DNA from: Bdellovibrionota bacterium | GTDB lineage: Bacteria; Bdellovibrionota_G; JALEGL01; DATDPG01 | Reading direction: 5' to 3' | Length of the DNA: 64,000 nucleotides | Assembly (NCBI GenBank): GCA_963668355.1 | Contig: OY764265.1 | Coordinates: 384,001-448,000, forward strand | Shown here: piece by piece, positions 19,034 through 29,412 of the stretch | Layout of the letters: the number at the start of each line of letters is the position of its first letter | Numbering within the stretch: the stretch's first letter is position 1 | Made by a program: the position numbers and the translations under genes | Notes under the pieces: generated by a model | The model's database searches: none | Told to the model about the DNA's origin: nothing | The model's input: the letters and a program-made list of their open reading frames with translations, nothing else

Positions 19034-19519
19034 ATGCCCTCATTTGACATTGTATCCCAGATTAACTTGGCTGAAGTCGACAACGCGATCAACCAAGCCA
19101 ATAAAGAGTTAACGCAACGGTTTGACTTTCGAGGGAGTAACAGCAAAATCAACCGAGACAATTTAGTCGTCACGATCGATTCAAGTGATGATTACAAAGT
19201 TAAGGCCGCCTACGATGTCCTTCAATCCAAACTCGTCAAACGAAATGTCTCGCTAAAAAGTGTGCAGCCAGAAAACATTGAGCCGGCAGCGGGCGGAAGA
19301 GCCAGACAAAAACTCAACCTCATTCAAGGGATCGAACAAGATCGGGCCCGAGAGATCATCAAGAAAATCAAAGCTTCAAAAATCAAAGTTCAATCCTCCA
19401 TTCAAGGAGACGAACTACGCATCTCTGGAAAGAAAAGGGATGACCTTCAAGAAACCATTGCTTTGGTCAAAGAAATGGACCTTCCCCTATCCCTTCAATT
19501 TATCAATTTTAGAGACTAA
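19034..19519 (+). CDS. yajQ: YajQ family cyclic di-GMP/nucleotide-binding protein
   Basis: MPSFDIVS, RFDFRGS, IQGDELRISGKKRDDLQ and LQFINFRD. Confidence 0.95.
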   Translation: MPSFDIVSQINLAEVDNAINQANKELTQRFDFRGSNSKINRDNLVVTIDSSDDYKVKAAYDVLQSKLVKRNVSLKSVQPENIEPAAGGRARQKLNLIQGIEQDRAREIIKKIKASKIKVQSSIQGDELRISGKKRDDLQETIALVKEMDLPLSLQFINFRD

Positions 19520-19528
19520 AAAAGCACG

Positions 19529-19894
19529 TTATTTTCGCTCTAGAATCTCAATGTCATAACCATTGGGATCTTTGATGAAGATGTACTTGGATGAAAGTTC
19601 GGGACGAGACTTTCTAAAATCCCAACCTTTTTCCTGAACCTTTTTGATGACTTCTTCAAGGTCAGCTACATGAAAGGCCAAATGCCCAAATTGGTTTCCC
19701 AGATCGTAATCATCTTTTCCAACATTATACGTGAGTTCAATCTCGTGATCCGTAATGCCATCCTTTAAAAAAACCAAAACGGCTTCCGATCCAATTTCCT
19801 TTCGACCCACTTCTTTGAGTCCTAAAAACTGCGTGTAAAACCCCACAGAAGCATCCAAGTCCTTCACACGAATCATCGTATGTGCAATTTTCAT
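19529..19894 (-). CDS. gloA: Lactoylglutathione lyase (glyoxalase I, VOC family)
   Basis: HTMIRVKDLDAS..FY, IELTYN, GHLAF and FIKDPNGYDIE. Confidence 0.85.
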   Translation of the reverse strand: MKIAHTMIRVKDLDASVGFYTQFLGLKEVGRKEIGSEAVLVFLKDGITDHEIELTYNVGKDDYDLGNQFGHLAFHVADLEEVIKKVQEKGWDFRKSRPELSSKYIFIKDPNGYDIEILERK

Positions 19895-19906
19895 TTCATC
19901 CTCTCC

Positions 19907-20878
19907 TTAACCGGGAAAATGTTTTCTCCACCAGTCCGAGTTGTTTACATACCAATCCACCGTCATTTCAAGTCCCCTTTCGAAAGAAATTGAAGGTTTC
20001 CAATCCAACTCTTTTCTCGCCTTCTCTGAGCTCATGGAATATCGCCAATCGTGCCCCGGTCGATCTGTCACAAATTCCATTTTCGAACATGTTTCTGGAA
20101 AGAATGCCTTAAGCGCTTCAACGACTTCGATATTTCTTTTCTCCATATTTCCACCAAAATTATAAATTTGCCCGAGACGTCCATGCTCAATCGCAGACCA
20201 AATTCCTCGACATTGATCCTCCACATAAATCCAATCTCGCATGTTTTTTCCATTCCCATAAACAGGCAATCCCTCGCCCAACATGCACTTGCACAGCATC
20301 CGCGGAATGAGTTTCTCCGGAAATTGAAAGGGCCCAAAATTATTCGAGCACCTCACAATGATTCCTGGAAATCGAAAGGATTTGATGTTGGCCAAAAGCA
20401 ATAAATCTGCAGAGGCTTTGGATGCACTGTAGGGATTGTTGGGCAACAAAGGCGATTGTTCATCAAAAGACGGTTCTCCTTCAGCAAGACTTCCATACAC
20501 TTCATCCGTGGAAACATGAACAAATCGTTTAACCCCCTTCCATTTGGATAAACACAGCAAATTGGCCGTACCCAGGACATTGGTGGACACAAAGTCTGAA
20601 GGCTGAGTCAAACTCCGGTCAACATGACTTTCCGCAGCAAAGTGAACCAAGACATCCACGTTCTCTTGTTTCTCAAAAACATTCTTCAGATCATCCATCT
20701 GGCGAATATCTGTATGAGAAAATCTGTAATGAGGATGATCCTCACAATCACTCAAATTTTCTTTGATCCCTGCGTAGGTGAGAGCATCCACATTGGTAAC
20801 CCAAGCCCCTTTGGACAAGGCCAATCGAACAAAGTGACTTCCGATAAACCCGCATCCTCCTGTCACGATCATTTTCAT
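19907..20878 (-). CDS. rfbB: dTDP-glucose 4,6-dehydratase
   Basis: TGGCGFIGS, DALTYAG, HFAAESHVDRS, STDEVYG, YSASKA, QFPEKLIP and DRPGHD. Confidence 0.95.
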   Translation of the reverse strand: MKMIVTGGCGFIGSHFVRLALSKGAWVTNVDALTYAGIKENLSDCEDHPHYRFSHTDIRQMDDLKNVFEKQENVDVLVHFAAESHVDRSLTQPSDFVSTNVLGTANLLCLSKWKGVKRFVHVSTDEVYGSLAEGEPSFDEQSPLLPNNPYSASKASADLLLLANIKSFRFPGIIVRCSNNFGPFQFPEKLIPRMLCKCMLGEGLPVYGNGKNMRDWIYVEDQCRGIWSAIEHGRLGQIYNFGGNMEKRNIEVVEALKAFFPETCSKMEFVTDRPGHDWRYSMSSEKARKELDWKPSISFERGLEMTVDWYVNNSDWWRKHFPG

Positions 20879-20990
20879 GTTTGCCCCTTTTTAAATCTCG
20901 ATTTCTTTCCGATTTTTTTACCTGAGTCTTGCACGATGCAAATCGGAGTATGACTTATGATACACTTCCCACTCTGAAAGAAAGGTTCCA

Positions 20991-22124
20991 ATGCGACGAG
21001 CTCTACTCACTCTTGAATTCATGCCTTCTCCGGGAGGAATCGAACGATTGCTTCATGAAAGAGCCAAAGCCTATCAACCCGAAAGCACAACGGTGTTTGC
21101 CCCAAATTCCCCTGGCGCCAAAGAGTTTGATCGAACCACTCCCTATCGTATTGTTCGGACCTCCGCACGGTTTCGAAAGATTCCACTGTTGCGTCGCCTG
21201 GAACAAACCTACGGTCCCATTTTTGCTTTTTTGAGAGCCCACAAAAAGGATCGTTTCGAGGAACTTGAGTGTGGTCAAGCGTTTCCCTTCCCTTTATTTT
21301 TTTGGATGTTCACGCGCTTTGTCAAAACGCCCTACATCATCTGGGTTCACGGAAACGACTTTCTGGCTCCGTTGAAAATCCCCCTGCTAAAAGGATGGCT
21401 TCGAAAGGCCTTTTTCCAAGCCACGTTGGTGGTAACTAATAGCCACTTCGTTGCCCAATTGGTCAAAGATCAGGGAGTCCTTGCCTCAAAAATACGAACG
21501 ATGAACCCTTTTGTAGACACTGAAAAATTCCATCCCATTCCCCAGTCAGATTCTGTTTTGGAACGTCATCATTGGAAAAACCATCAGGTCTTACTTACGG
21601 TCGGGAGACTCGTGGAAAGAAAAGGCATTGACTCGGTGATTCATTGCCTTCCGAAGTTGCTCTCAAAACATCCGAAGGTACGATATTTGGTCATCGGAAA
21701 TGGTCCAGAAATGGATCGCCTCAAAGACCTCCGCAAAAAATTGGGACTCGAAGAAATTGTGTGCTTGGCTGGATTCGTTCCGGAGGAGTCCTTGATCTCT
21801 TATTATAGCTCGGCCTATGCCTTTGTGATGCCCAGCAAATTCATTCCCAAGAAAGGATCTGTCGAAGGTCTGGGACTGGTCTATCTCGAGGCAAATGCCT
21901 GTGGATTGCCTGTAATCGCCGGAAAAGCGGGCGGAGTTGTGGACATTGTTCACCATGAACGAAATGGCCTTCTCGTAAACCCGGAAGATTTAAATGACAT
22001 CTCGACCAACCTTGATCGGATTCTGGGCGATTCTCAGCTAAGAAACCAAATGGCCGAAGAGGGACTGCGCATTGCACAACGCCCGGCTGACTGGTCGTTC
22101 CTTTCCTTGAAGAATCTCTCCTAA
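20991..22124 (+). CDS. Glycosyltransferase family 4
   Basis: GGIER, VGRLVERKG and EGLGLVYLEANACGLPVI (EX7E motif). Confidence 0.92.
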   Translation: MRRALLTLEFMPSPGGIERLLHERAKAYQPESTTVFAPNSPGAKEFDRTTPYRIVRTSARFRKIPLLRRLEQTYGPIFAFLRAHKKDRFEELECGQAFPFPLFFWMFTRFVKTPYIIWVHGNDFLAPLKIPLLKGWLRKAFFQATLVVTNSHFVAQLVKDQGVLASKIRTMNPFVDTEKFHPIPQSDSVLERHHWKNHQVLLTVGRLVERKGIDSVIHCLPKLLSKHPKVRYLVIGNGPEMDRLKDLRKKLGLEEIVCLAGFVPEESLISYYSSAYAFVMPSKFIPKKGSVEGLGLVYLEANACGLPVIAGKAGGVVDIVHHERNGLLVNPEDLNDISTNLDRILGDSQLRNQMAEEGLRIAQRPADWSFLSLKNLS

Positions 22125-22194
22125 AGGGGATTTTTTCTTAAACCTTTCCGGACCGACGTGTATAAAACAAGGGCATTCGGACCACAGGAGGAAG

Positions 22195-23205
22195 GTGATC
22201 ATGATGAAAAAGTGTTTATTGGCATGGGTTGGAGCAATCTTTGTATCATCCTTGGTCTCGGTTTCGGCTGAACCACTGCCTGCACAACCCCCAATTCCTA
22301 AAGACAATCCCATGACACCAGCCAAGATTGAACTTGGGAAGCAGCTCTACTTTGACAAACGTCTTTCAAAGGACAACACCGTTTCATGCAACACTTGTCA
22401 TAACGTGATGGGAAGTGGCACAGACAACCTTCCCGTTTCCTTAGGCATCAAAGGCCAAAAAGGCCCTCGAAACTCACCAACCGTTTGGAACTCGGCTTTC
22501 CTTACGGTTCAATTCTGGGATGGACGGGAACCCACGCTTGAAGCTCAAGCCAAAGGTCCCATGATTAATCCTGTTGAAATGGGCCTCACAAATCACAACG
22601 AGGGCATTGCCAAGCTGAAAAAAATCAAAGGTTATCAAGATCAATTCAAAAACGTCTTTGGTGGAAAAGATCCGATCAACATCGACAATGTTGCGAAAGC
22701 CATCGCTGCCTATGAACGAACGCTCATCACCCCCGACAGCCCCTATGATCGGTACAAAAAGGGGGACAAGAAGGCCATGACACCGAAACAGATCGCGGGG
22801 ATGAAAGAGTTTCAAACAGCCGGCTGTACCGCCTGTCACAACGGCGTAAATTTTGCTGGACCTCCCCTTCCCATGGGAACGGGCTTTTTCATGAAATTTC
22901 CACTGGGCGAAGGGGGTCCGGATATCAAAAAATACAAACTGGCTGAAGACAAAGGCCGTTTTGAGGCCACGAAAGATCCCGCCCACAAAAATTTCTGGCG
23001 GATTCCGACGCTACGAAACGTAGCACTCACCGCTCCCTATTTTCACAACGGATCGGTGTCTGACTTGAAAGAGGTGGTACGAATCATGGGCAAAGAACAA
23101 GTCAATCGAGAACTCAAGCCCGACCAAATCGATAAAATCGTGGCGTTCCTTCACGCGTTGACGGGGAAATTGCCCAAACAAACTGAACCTAAGTTACCCA
23201 AATAG
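22195..23205 (+). CDS. ccp: Di-heme cytochrome c peroxidase (CCP/MauG family)
   Basis: Signal peptide; two CxxCH motifs (CNTCH, CTACH); QFWDGR, NPVEM and PTLRNVALTAPYFHNG. Confidence 0.92.
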   Translation: MIMMKKCLLAWVGAIFVSSLVSVSAEPLPAQPPIPKDNPMTPAKIELGKQLYFDKRLSKDNTVSCNTCHNVMGSGTDNLPVSLGIKGQKGPRNSPTVWNSAFLTVQFWDGREPTLEAQAKGPMINPVEMGLTNHNEGIAKLKKIKGYQDQFKNVFGGKDPINIDNVAKAIAAYERTLITPDSPYDRYKKGDKKAMTPKQIAGMKEFQTAGCTACHNGVNFAGPPLPMGTGFFMKFPLGEGGPDIKKYKLAEDKGRFEATKDPAHKNFWRIPTLRNVALTAPYFHNGSVSDLKEVVRIMGKEQVNRELKPDQIDKIVAFLHALTGKLPKQTEPKLPK

Positions 23206-23221
23206 GATGAAGCATTTTTTC

Positions 23222-23581
23222 CTATCGGAAAGAAAGCGCGAGAAAAAGCCATCCAAAAATGAAACATAGGCCTCCCAAGGGGGTCACGGCGCCCAACCAG
23301 CGTTGGTCCGTGAGGGCCATGACGTAAAGGCTTCCCGAAAAAAGAAGAACCCCCAAAAGAAACAGGGTTCCCGACGCCTTGGGTAGCCATCCTAGATTTG
23401 AAGTAGAAACCCACGCCACGGCGATCAAAGCCAGCGCGTGATACATTTGATACCGCGCGCCGATCTCGACCCATGTCAAAGCTTGCTCCGAGAGCCTACT
23501 TTTCAAACCATGCGCGGCAAAAGCTCCAATGGAAACCCCTAACGCACCCAAAAAACCGCACCAAACACCCCATATATTCAT
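23222..23581 (-). CDS. DUF423 (YgdD/TMEM256) small membrane protein
   Basis: GAFAAHGL, YQMYHALAL, LFSGSLY and GAVTPLGG. Confidence 0.92.
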   Translation of the reverse strand: MNIWGVWCGFLGALGVSIGAFAAHGLKSRLSEQALTWVEIGARYQMYHALALIAVAWVSTSNLGWLPKASGTLFLLGVLLFSGSLYVMALTDQRWLGAVTPLGGLCFIFGWLFLALSFR

Positions 23582-23590
23582 CGCAACACC

Positions 23591-24106
23591 TCACCCTCTC
23601 AAATGATTTCGTTCCAGGTCCAATAACATTTGTTTCCGCCAAAGACCTCCCCCATACCCTCCCAATTTTCCATCTTTGTTCACGACCCGGTGGCAGGGAA
23701 TGACGATGCCGATTCGATTCGTCCCGTTTGCACGCCCCACAGCCCGCTTGGCTTTGGGGTTCTTCAAACGAATGGCCATTTCTTCATAGGATCTCGTTTT
23801 GCCATACGGAATGGAACATAGCTCTTTCCAAACTTTCTGTTGAAACTCGGTTCCCGGAACATCCAGAGGTATGGAAAAGTTCTTTCGCTTCCCCGAAAAA
23901 TACTCGCCCAATTCTTGTTTGAGCGATTCTAGAAGGGAATCACGTCCGGGGACCATGGCACAGCCAAAATATTTATGGAGACTCTTTAACTGCGCTTCCA
24001 AGCTTCGTCGATCCGTAAACTCCAGAAGGCAGAGACCTTTTTCTGTCACTCCAGCCACCAAAGGTCCTAAAGGAGTATCGACCCAGGTCATCGTGATGGC
24101 TTTCAT
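23591..24106 (-). CDS. ogt: Methylated-DNA--protein-cysteine S-methyltransferase
   Basis: GTEFQQKVW, IPYGKTRSY, RAVGRANG and active-site IPCHRV. Confidence 0.93.
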   Translation of the reverse strand: MKAITMTWVDTPLGPLVAGVTEKGLCLLEFTDRRSLEAQLKSLHKYFGCAMVPGRDSLLESLKQELGEYFSGKRKNFSIPLDVPGTEFQQKVWKELCSIPYGKTRSYEEMAIRLKNPKAKRAVGRANGTNRIGIVIPCHRVVNKDGKLGGYGGGLWRKQMLLDLERNHLRG

Positions 24107-24284
24107 CTGGTCACCTTATTAAAAGAAGCTTGTCTCATGAACGCAGACTAGCGACACCAAGCCACCTTCTCTACCGAAAAATGAACTCCAAAAAGAAACA
24201 CCCCCCTCGAAGACACCTAACGCACCGCATTTACTCAGAAAGTCACAACTTCCGACTTCATCGGTCTTAGGGTACGGTGCCGTT

Positions 24285-24608
24285 ATGAAGCCACTCTTTC
24301 TTGGACTCATTCTGATATCGATGGTCTCTCCCACGTTGGCAGCTTCCATCGAATGCGACTCGCTTTCCGAATTGGACTGCCTGAAATCGATGGACTGTGT
24401 TCTGGATCAGGAGCCCGAAACCAAAAACTACTTTTGTCGCAACCCCGTCGATGATTGCGAAAAGGGGTTTTCACAATACGACCCAAAAAAGAAAGCGTGC
24501 GAGAGTAAGTCCAACTGTCAATTCATTCCGGGAAAATGCTATTGCCCACCGGACGTACTATGTGTTTGCGGAGGAGGTTCCCCTCCCTTTTGTCGAGTGA
24601 AAAAATGA
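24285..24608 (+). CDS. Small secreted cysteine-rich protein
   Basis: Signal peptide (..PTLA) followed by 12 Cys in ~87 aa; ATGA overlap with the next gene. Confidence 0.7.
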   Translation: MKPLFLGLILISMVSPTLAASIECDSLSELDCLKSMDCVLDQEPETKNYFCRNPVDDCEKGFSQYDPKKKACESKSNCQFIPGKCYCPPDVLCVCGGGSPPFCRVKK

Positions 24609-25645
24609 AAAAAACAAGTTGGGGAGATCGAGAGACACAGTTCTTTTTCAATCTCTCGCCCGCACATATCTTGGATGCCGTTGAACAATCTGGCGTAAAG
24701 CTCAATGGACGCTGCATTCCATTAAATAGTTTTGAGAATCGTGTGTACGAACTGGAATTGGACACCGAGGACAACCAACTACCAGATGAGCGTCTCTCTA
24801 CCCGGCGAGTCGCCAAATTCTATCGTCCAGGAAGATGGACCCTCCAACAAATCCAGGAAGAACACGACTTCCTACAAGAACTCGCAGATCATGAAGTCCC
24901 GGTTGTTCAACCCCTATCCTTTCCGGACGGCAAAACCATCCACCAAATGGATGAATTTGGGCTTTTTTATTCCATCTTTCCCAAAGTGGGGGGACGTTCC
25001 CCGGAGGAATTAACCCAGGACCAAAGGCTTCAATTGGGCCGCCTTTTGGCCCGCATTCACAGCATAGGTAGTTCTCGACCTTCCGAACATCGCTTGGAAC
25101 TCACTCCGGTTTCCTATGGCCTCAACAATCTTGAATTCCTTCTAGAAGAAGGCTGGATTCCCGACAATTTCAGAACCCGCTTTGAATCGGCAGCACGTGA
25201 GATCTGTCAGATCGGAATCGAACGATTTAAAGGCATCGAAATGATTCGTCTCCATGGAGATTGTCACCTCGGAAATCTGCTTTGGAACCAAGGACAAGCG
25301 TTTTTTCTCGATTTCGACGACATGGTGAAAGGGCCCGAGATTCAAGACATCTGGTTACTCTTAACCGAACGAGGACAGCAAGGCTGGCAGCAATTGGAGG
25401 AAATTCTATTGGGATATGAAGAAATGAGGCCTTTTCCTCGAGACACATTGGGCCTCATGGAAATTCTACGGTCCTTGAGATTCATTCATTTTTCCGCATG
25501 GTTTGCCAAAAGATGGAAAGACCCCACATTTCCCATCGCTTTCCCGCATTTCAACACACTCAAATATTGGCAAGACCAAACACTAGATTTGGAAGAGCAA
25601 CTCCAACTCATTCAGGGTCAACACCCACAAGAACGCTCTTTTTAG
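24605..25645 (+). CDS. srkA: Stress response Ser/Thr kinase SrkA (RdoA/YihE)
   Basis: LNSFENRVY, AKFYRPGRW, RLHGDCHLGN, DFDD and RWKDPTFPIAFP; start moved to ATG 24605. Confidence 0.92.
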   Translation: MKKTSWGDRETQFFFNLSPAHILDAVEQSGVKLNGRCIPLNSFENRVYELELDTEDNQLPDERLSTRRVAKFYRPGRWTLQQIQEEHDFLQELADHEVPVVQPLSFPDGKTIHQMDEFGLFYSIFPKVGGRSPEELTQDQRLQLGRLLARIHSIGSSRPSEHRLELTPVSYGLNNLEFLLEEGWIPDNFRTRFESAAREICQIGIERFKGIEMIRLHGDCHLGNLLWNQGQAFFLDFDDMVKGPEIQDIWLLLTERGQQGWQQLEEILLGYEEMRPFPRDTLGLMEILRSLRFIHFSAWFAKRWKDPTFPIAFPHFNTLKYWQDQTLDLEEQLQLIQGQHPQERSF

Positions 25646-25648
25646 AGC

Positions 25649-26005
25649 TCAACCCGTTAGACTTTTTAAGCCAAACAAAGACCAAATTGCCAAGGCAATG
25701 AACAAAAGTGCGGCGGTACCCAAAATGCGAATCAGAAAATGAAAGGCATCTTTTCCTCGTTTAACATGGTCCATGACCACGCTACACACGATCAAAAAGG
25801 GAAGAATCCAGCTTCGAAAAACGTATAAACCAGACATCAAGGCTGACTCCGAAGAAAGAAACCGACCCCAAGGAATCGCCCAAAAAACCACAAGAACAGC
25901 TAACAAGGCAATCGTTGCATACATATACGTTTTCGGTTTGGGGACAATTCGCACGATGGCCGAATCGATCGTCTTTTCTTGAGAAGATGGAGGCCTTTCA
26001 ATCAT
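25649..26005 (-). CDS. Hypothetical membrane protein (about 3 TM)
   Basis: Fills the gap between genes; three hydrophobic segments. Confidence 0.55.
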   Translation of the reverse strand: MIERPPSSQEKTIDSAIVRIVPKPKTYMYATIALLAVLVVFWAIPWGRFLSSESALMSGLYVFRSWILPFLIVCSVVMDHVKRGKDAFHFLIRILGTAALLFIALAIWSLFGLKSLTG

Positions 26006-26094
26006 GGGTTCGACTTACGAGTGTCGCGTATTTCCTTTGAAATGAAAAGTTCCTTTGATTCGCCGCGTTTTTCTGAGAAAACCTTTTTCCAAAG

Positions 26095-26433
26095 ATGTCC
26101 TCATCCACCTATGAAAGAATTTTCCAAACGGTTCAAAACATCCCCTCCGGAAAAGTAGCCACATATGGTCAAATCGCTTATCGGGCCAGGGCCTCAGGCC
26201 CCAGGCAAGTTGGATATGCCCTACACCACCTTCCTCAGGGTTCTTCTGTGCCCTGGCATCGAGTAATCAACTCCAAAGGGGAAATCAGTTTGCCAGCCGG
26301 ATCAGAATTGCATGAGATTCAAAAGACGCTCTTGGAAGCGGAAGGGATTGAGTTTAGTCCAGAAGGAAAAATTTCACGATCCAAATATCTATGGGAACAC
26401 AAGCTCCCTAAACCGCGACCTTATTCTGAGTAG
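26095..26433 (+). CDS. atl: Alkyltransferase-like protein (ATL/YbaZ, MGMT family)
   Basis: IPSGKVATYGQIA, RQVGYAL and PWHRV (Trp replacing the catalytic Cys). Confidence 0.9.
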   Translation: MSSSTYERIFQTVQNIPSGKVATYGQIAYRARASGPRQVGYALHHLPQGSSVPWHRVINSKGEISLPAGSELHEIQKTLLEAEGIEFSPEGKISRSKYLWEHKLPKPRPYSE

Positions 26434-28195
26434 ATTCTCGTTTCTCGCCAATGTACTGGATGGTCTGTGCAATATGCGCCGCATAGGCATTGATTTGTTT
26501 CAGAAGGTCCATCAATTCCATATGAATTTCATGCGTCTCAATGGACGCCTCCATTTCATCCTGTAACCGACGAAGGTGGCGTTTCCGAAAATCAATTTCT
26601 AAATCTGAGTATTTTTCTTCTTTGGACATCACTTTCTCAGCAATCTCCATGTCCATGCCTTTAAAGGCGTCATCCAGGCGGGCCATTTGTTTCACAATCT
26701 TGGTGTGAAAGGCAATCAGCTCATTCTTGCCTTCTTCCGAAAAATCGGTGTTGAGAAGCCGTTTCTTTCGAATGAGCGGAATCATATTCTTTTGAATGAC
26801 ATCCCCAATGCTTTCCATGTCATTCACAATGGACATCATGGCATACACTTCTTTGATTTGTTCTTTTGCGATTTCTTGTCGTCCAATATTTCGCAGGTAC
26901 TCCACAATGCTCTTTTCCAGAAAATCGACCTTCTCTTCACGAAAGACAATCGCCTCCACGACGGTCATATGGGGATACCAAGGATCGGGGTGCCGCTCAT
27001 TGGTTTGAAAAGGAACGATCACAGACTCCAACATTCCCTTTAAGGTTCCCGCCATTCGAGAAATTTCACTCCGAGCCAGCTTGATGGCAACGGCCGGAGT
27101 TGCCAACGCAGAATCTCGAAGATACTTCGTGGTCTGAACCATTACGTGTTCGTTTTCACGTTTCGGCAGCAACACGTGAAGCAGTTTGTGAAAGGGTTTT
27201 AAGAAGGGAAGTGCCAGAAACGCTGAGCTAACGTTGAAAAAGGTATGGGCATTTGCGATTTGCCTGGGCGCTTCCGTCGCTAGCCGTTCCAACCCCACAC
27301 CATGTCCCTCGGGCGAAAACCAACGTACCAGTTCCGCAAAATATGGAATCCAGAAAGCAAACACCAACACCCCTGCAACCCGGAATAAGAAATGGGCCAA
27401 GGCTACTCTTTTTGCATCCCGAGAAGCTCCCATACTTGCCAAAATGGCCGTTATGGTGGTCCCCACATTGGTTCCAAGAATCAACGGGATTCCTGCCTCC
27501 AAAGAAAGAAGTCCTTGCTGAGCCAGTACAATCATGATCCCTGTAAAGGCGCTGCTACTTTGGATGAGCGCGGTAAACACACAACCGAAAAGAAGGCCCA
27601 TCCACGGATTCTCCAAACCTTTTAGAACTTTCAAGAAGGGTTCATACGTCCGCAAAGGAACCATGGCATCAGACATGAGCTTCATGCCAAAAAACAAAAT
27701 TCCGAAGCCGAACAAGGTCTCCCCAAAATACTTGGTGGACTCCTTTCGACCGAAGAGCGTCATGGCGAATCCGATGGCGATCATGAGCAAGGCATAATCG
27801 GTCAACTTAAATGCAACCAACTGAGCTGTAACGGTGGCCCCAATTCCCGCTCCTAAAATGACGCCCAAAGATTGGGTCAACGTCATGAGCTGGGCCTGCA
27901 CAAAGCTCACCAGCATGACTGTAGTGGCACTTGAACTTTGGATGACCATCGTCACCAGGGCACCCACAAAAAGCCCGACAAATTGATTCCGAGTCAGAGC
28001 CGACATAATGTCACGCATGCCATCCCCGGCTGCCTTTTTCATGCCGCGACTCATTTTTTCCATGCCGAAAAGGAATAGGGCCAGTCCTCCTATCACGGTC
28101 ATCAGAAGGGCCGTCCACTCAATTCCCGAAGAAGCTTCGGCTGCATGAGCCAAAGACCAGAATAGAATGAACGCTATGGAGAAAACCCAAATCAT
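26408..28195 (-). CDS. Na+/Pi cotransporter family protein with PhoU-like C-terminal domains
   Basis: GGLALFLFGM, two QSSS repeats, GTNVGTT and IANAHTFFN; helical C-terminal half. Confidence 0.92.
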   Translation of the reverse strand: MIWVFSIAFILFWSLAHAAEASSGIEWTALLMTVIGGLALFLFGMEKMSRGMKKAAGDGMRDIMSALTRNQFVGLFVGALVTMVIQSSSATTVMLVSFVQAQLMTLTQSLGVILGAGIGATVTAQLVAFKLTDYALLMIAIGFAMTLFGRKESTKYFGETLFGFGILFFGMKLMSDAMVPLRTYEPFLKVLKGLENPWMGLLFGCVFTALIQSSSAFTGIMIVLAQQGLLSLEAGIPLILGTNVGTTITAILASMGASRDAKRVALAHFLFRVAGVLVFAFWIPYFAELVRWFSPEGHGVGLERLATEAPRQIANAHTFFNVSSAFLALPFLKPFHKLLHVLLPKRENEHVMVQTTKYLRDSALATPAVAIKLARSEISRMAGTLKGMLESVIVPFQTNERHPDPWYPHMTVVEAIVFREEKVDFLEKSIVEYLRNIGRQEIAKEQIKEVYAMMSIVNDMESIGDVIQKNMIPLIRKKRLLNTDFSEEGKNELIAFHTKIVKQMARLDDAFKGMDMEIAEKVMSKEEKYSDLEIDFRKRHLRRLQDEMEASIETHEIHMELMDLLKQINAYAAHIAQTIQYIGEKRESTQNKVAV

Positions 28196-28297
28196 TTCAG
28201 AGTTTTTACCTCAGCCGGAGGCTTCGTGCAAACCGGAGAACGCCTTCCGAGCAGAACAAGCAATCTTGTGCCCATCCCCAAAGGAGTATGTTAAACC

Positions 28298-29284
28298 ATG
28301 GATGTCATGAATGATTCGACCGTTTCTAAGATTGCTGTTTTAACCTCCGGTGGGGATTCTCCGGGAATGAATGCCGCCATTCGAGGCGTGGTCCGCCAAG
28401 GACTGAAGCGTGGAATTGAAGTCATTGGTTGCCGTCACGGCTATCAAGGTCTTTTGTCCAATGACTACACTCCGTTAACAAGAGAATCCGTGTCGAACAT
28501 CATTCACCTGGGAGGTTCTATTCTCACTAGTTCCAGATGCGAGGAATTTCGAGAACCCCAAGGAAGGGAGAAGGCCTTCAAAAATTGTCGAGCGCAAGGC
28601 ATTGATGCCCTGATTGTGATTGGAGGAAACGGTTCTTCTCAAGGAGCCTTCCTCCTTCAAAAAGAAACGGGAATGAAATCCATCGTCCTCCCGGGAACCA
28701 TCGACAATGACATCTATGGAAGCAACTGGTCCATCGGATTTGATACGGCCGTGAACACAGCTTTGGAGTCCGTGGATCGGATTCGAGACACGGCCAATGC
28801 AATGGAGAGAATCTTTTTCGTAGAAGTTATGGGCAGACACTGTGGAAACATTGCCATACATGCGGGAGTTGCCTCCGGCGCTGATTATGTCGTCATCCCT
28901 GAAATCCCTACTGAGATTGATCTGCTCTGCCAAGAAATCAAGCAAGATGCACAAACCAAGCATACGGTTCTCATTGTTGTTTCCGAAGGAGATGACTTTG
29001 GAAATGCTCATAAAATTTCTCAAGCGCTCTTTGAGAAAACGGGGTTAAAAAGTTGGGTTACCAACCTGGGACATGTTCAAAGAGGTGGGAGTCCAACTTC
29101 CCGAGATCGTTTTTTTGCCACGGCCACAGCCGTTGCAGCCGTAAATGATTTGGCCGAGGGAAAAGGCGGGACCCTAATGGGGGTGGCACAAAATTCTCTG
29201 GTTCGCGTTCCACTGGAGAAAGCTGCCAACAAAAAGAAAAGCCTGGACCATTCTTTCTTAAAATTATTGGACCTACAACATTGA
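28298..29284 (+). CDS. pfkA: ATP-dependent 6-phosphofructokinase
   Basis: LTSGGDSPGMNAAIR, PGTIDND, IGFDTAVN, VEVMGR and LGHVQRGG. Confidence 0.95.
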   Translation: MDVMNDSTVSKIAVLTSGGDSPGMNAAIRGVVRQGLKRGIEVIGCRHGYQGLLSNDYTPLTRESVSNIIHLGGSILTSSRCEEFREPQGREKAFKNCRAQGIDALIVIGGNGSSQGAFLLQKETGMKSIVLPGTIDNDIYGSNWSIGFDTAVNTALESVDRIRDTANAMERIFFVEVMGRHCGNIAIHAGVASGADYVVIPEIPTEIDLLCQEIKQDAQTKHTVLIVVSEGDDFGNAHKISQALFEKTGLKSWVTNLGHVQRGGSPTSRDRFFATATAVAAVNDLAEGKGGTLMGVAQNSLVRVPLEKAANKKKSLDHSFLKLLDLQH

Positions 29285-29412
29285 GCCTTCCCCACTCCCT
29301 TTTTTGCAAAAGGGTAAAAAAAGTATATATTTTTTATCTTTTATTCTCAGGTATTTACACCCACGTAACCGGTTGCTTCAGATTTTGATTGCGGATTTTT
29401 GTGTCAATTTGA

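Noticed and set aside
18617..19173. Short track ORFs 18617-18805, 18768-18986, 18800-19018 and 18892-19173 as real genes
   Set aside because: Better explained by the frameshifted terC remnant and by antisense overlap with yajQ.
19907..22124. rfbB plus GT4 as a polysaccharide locus
   Set aside because: Only two divergent genes, with no rfbACD, flippase or polymerase.
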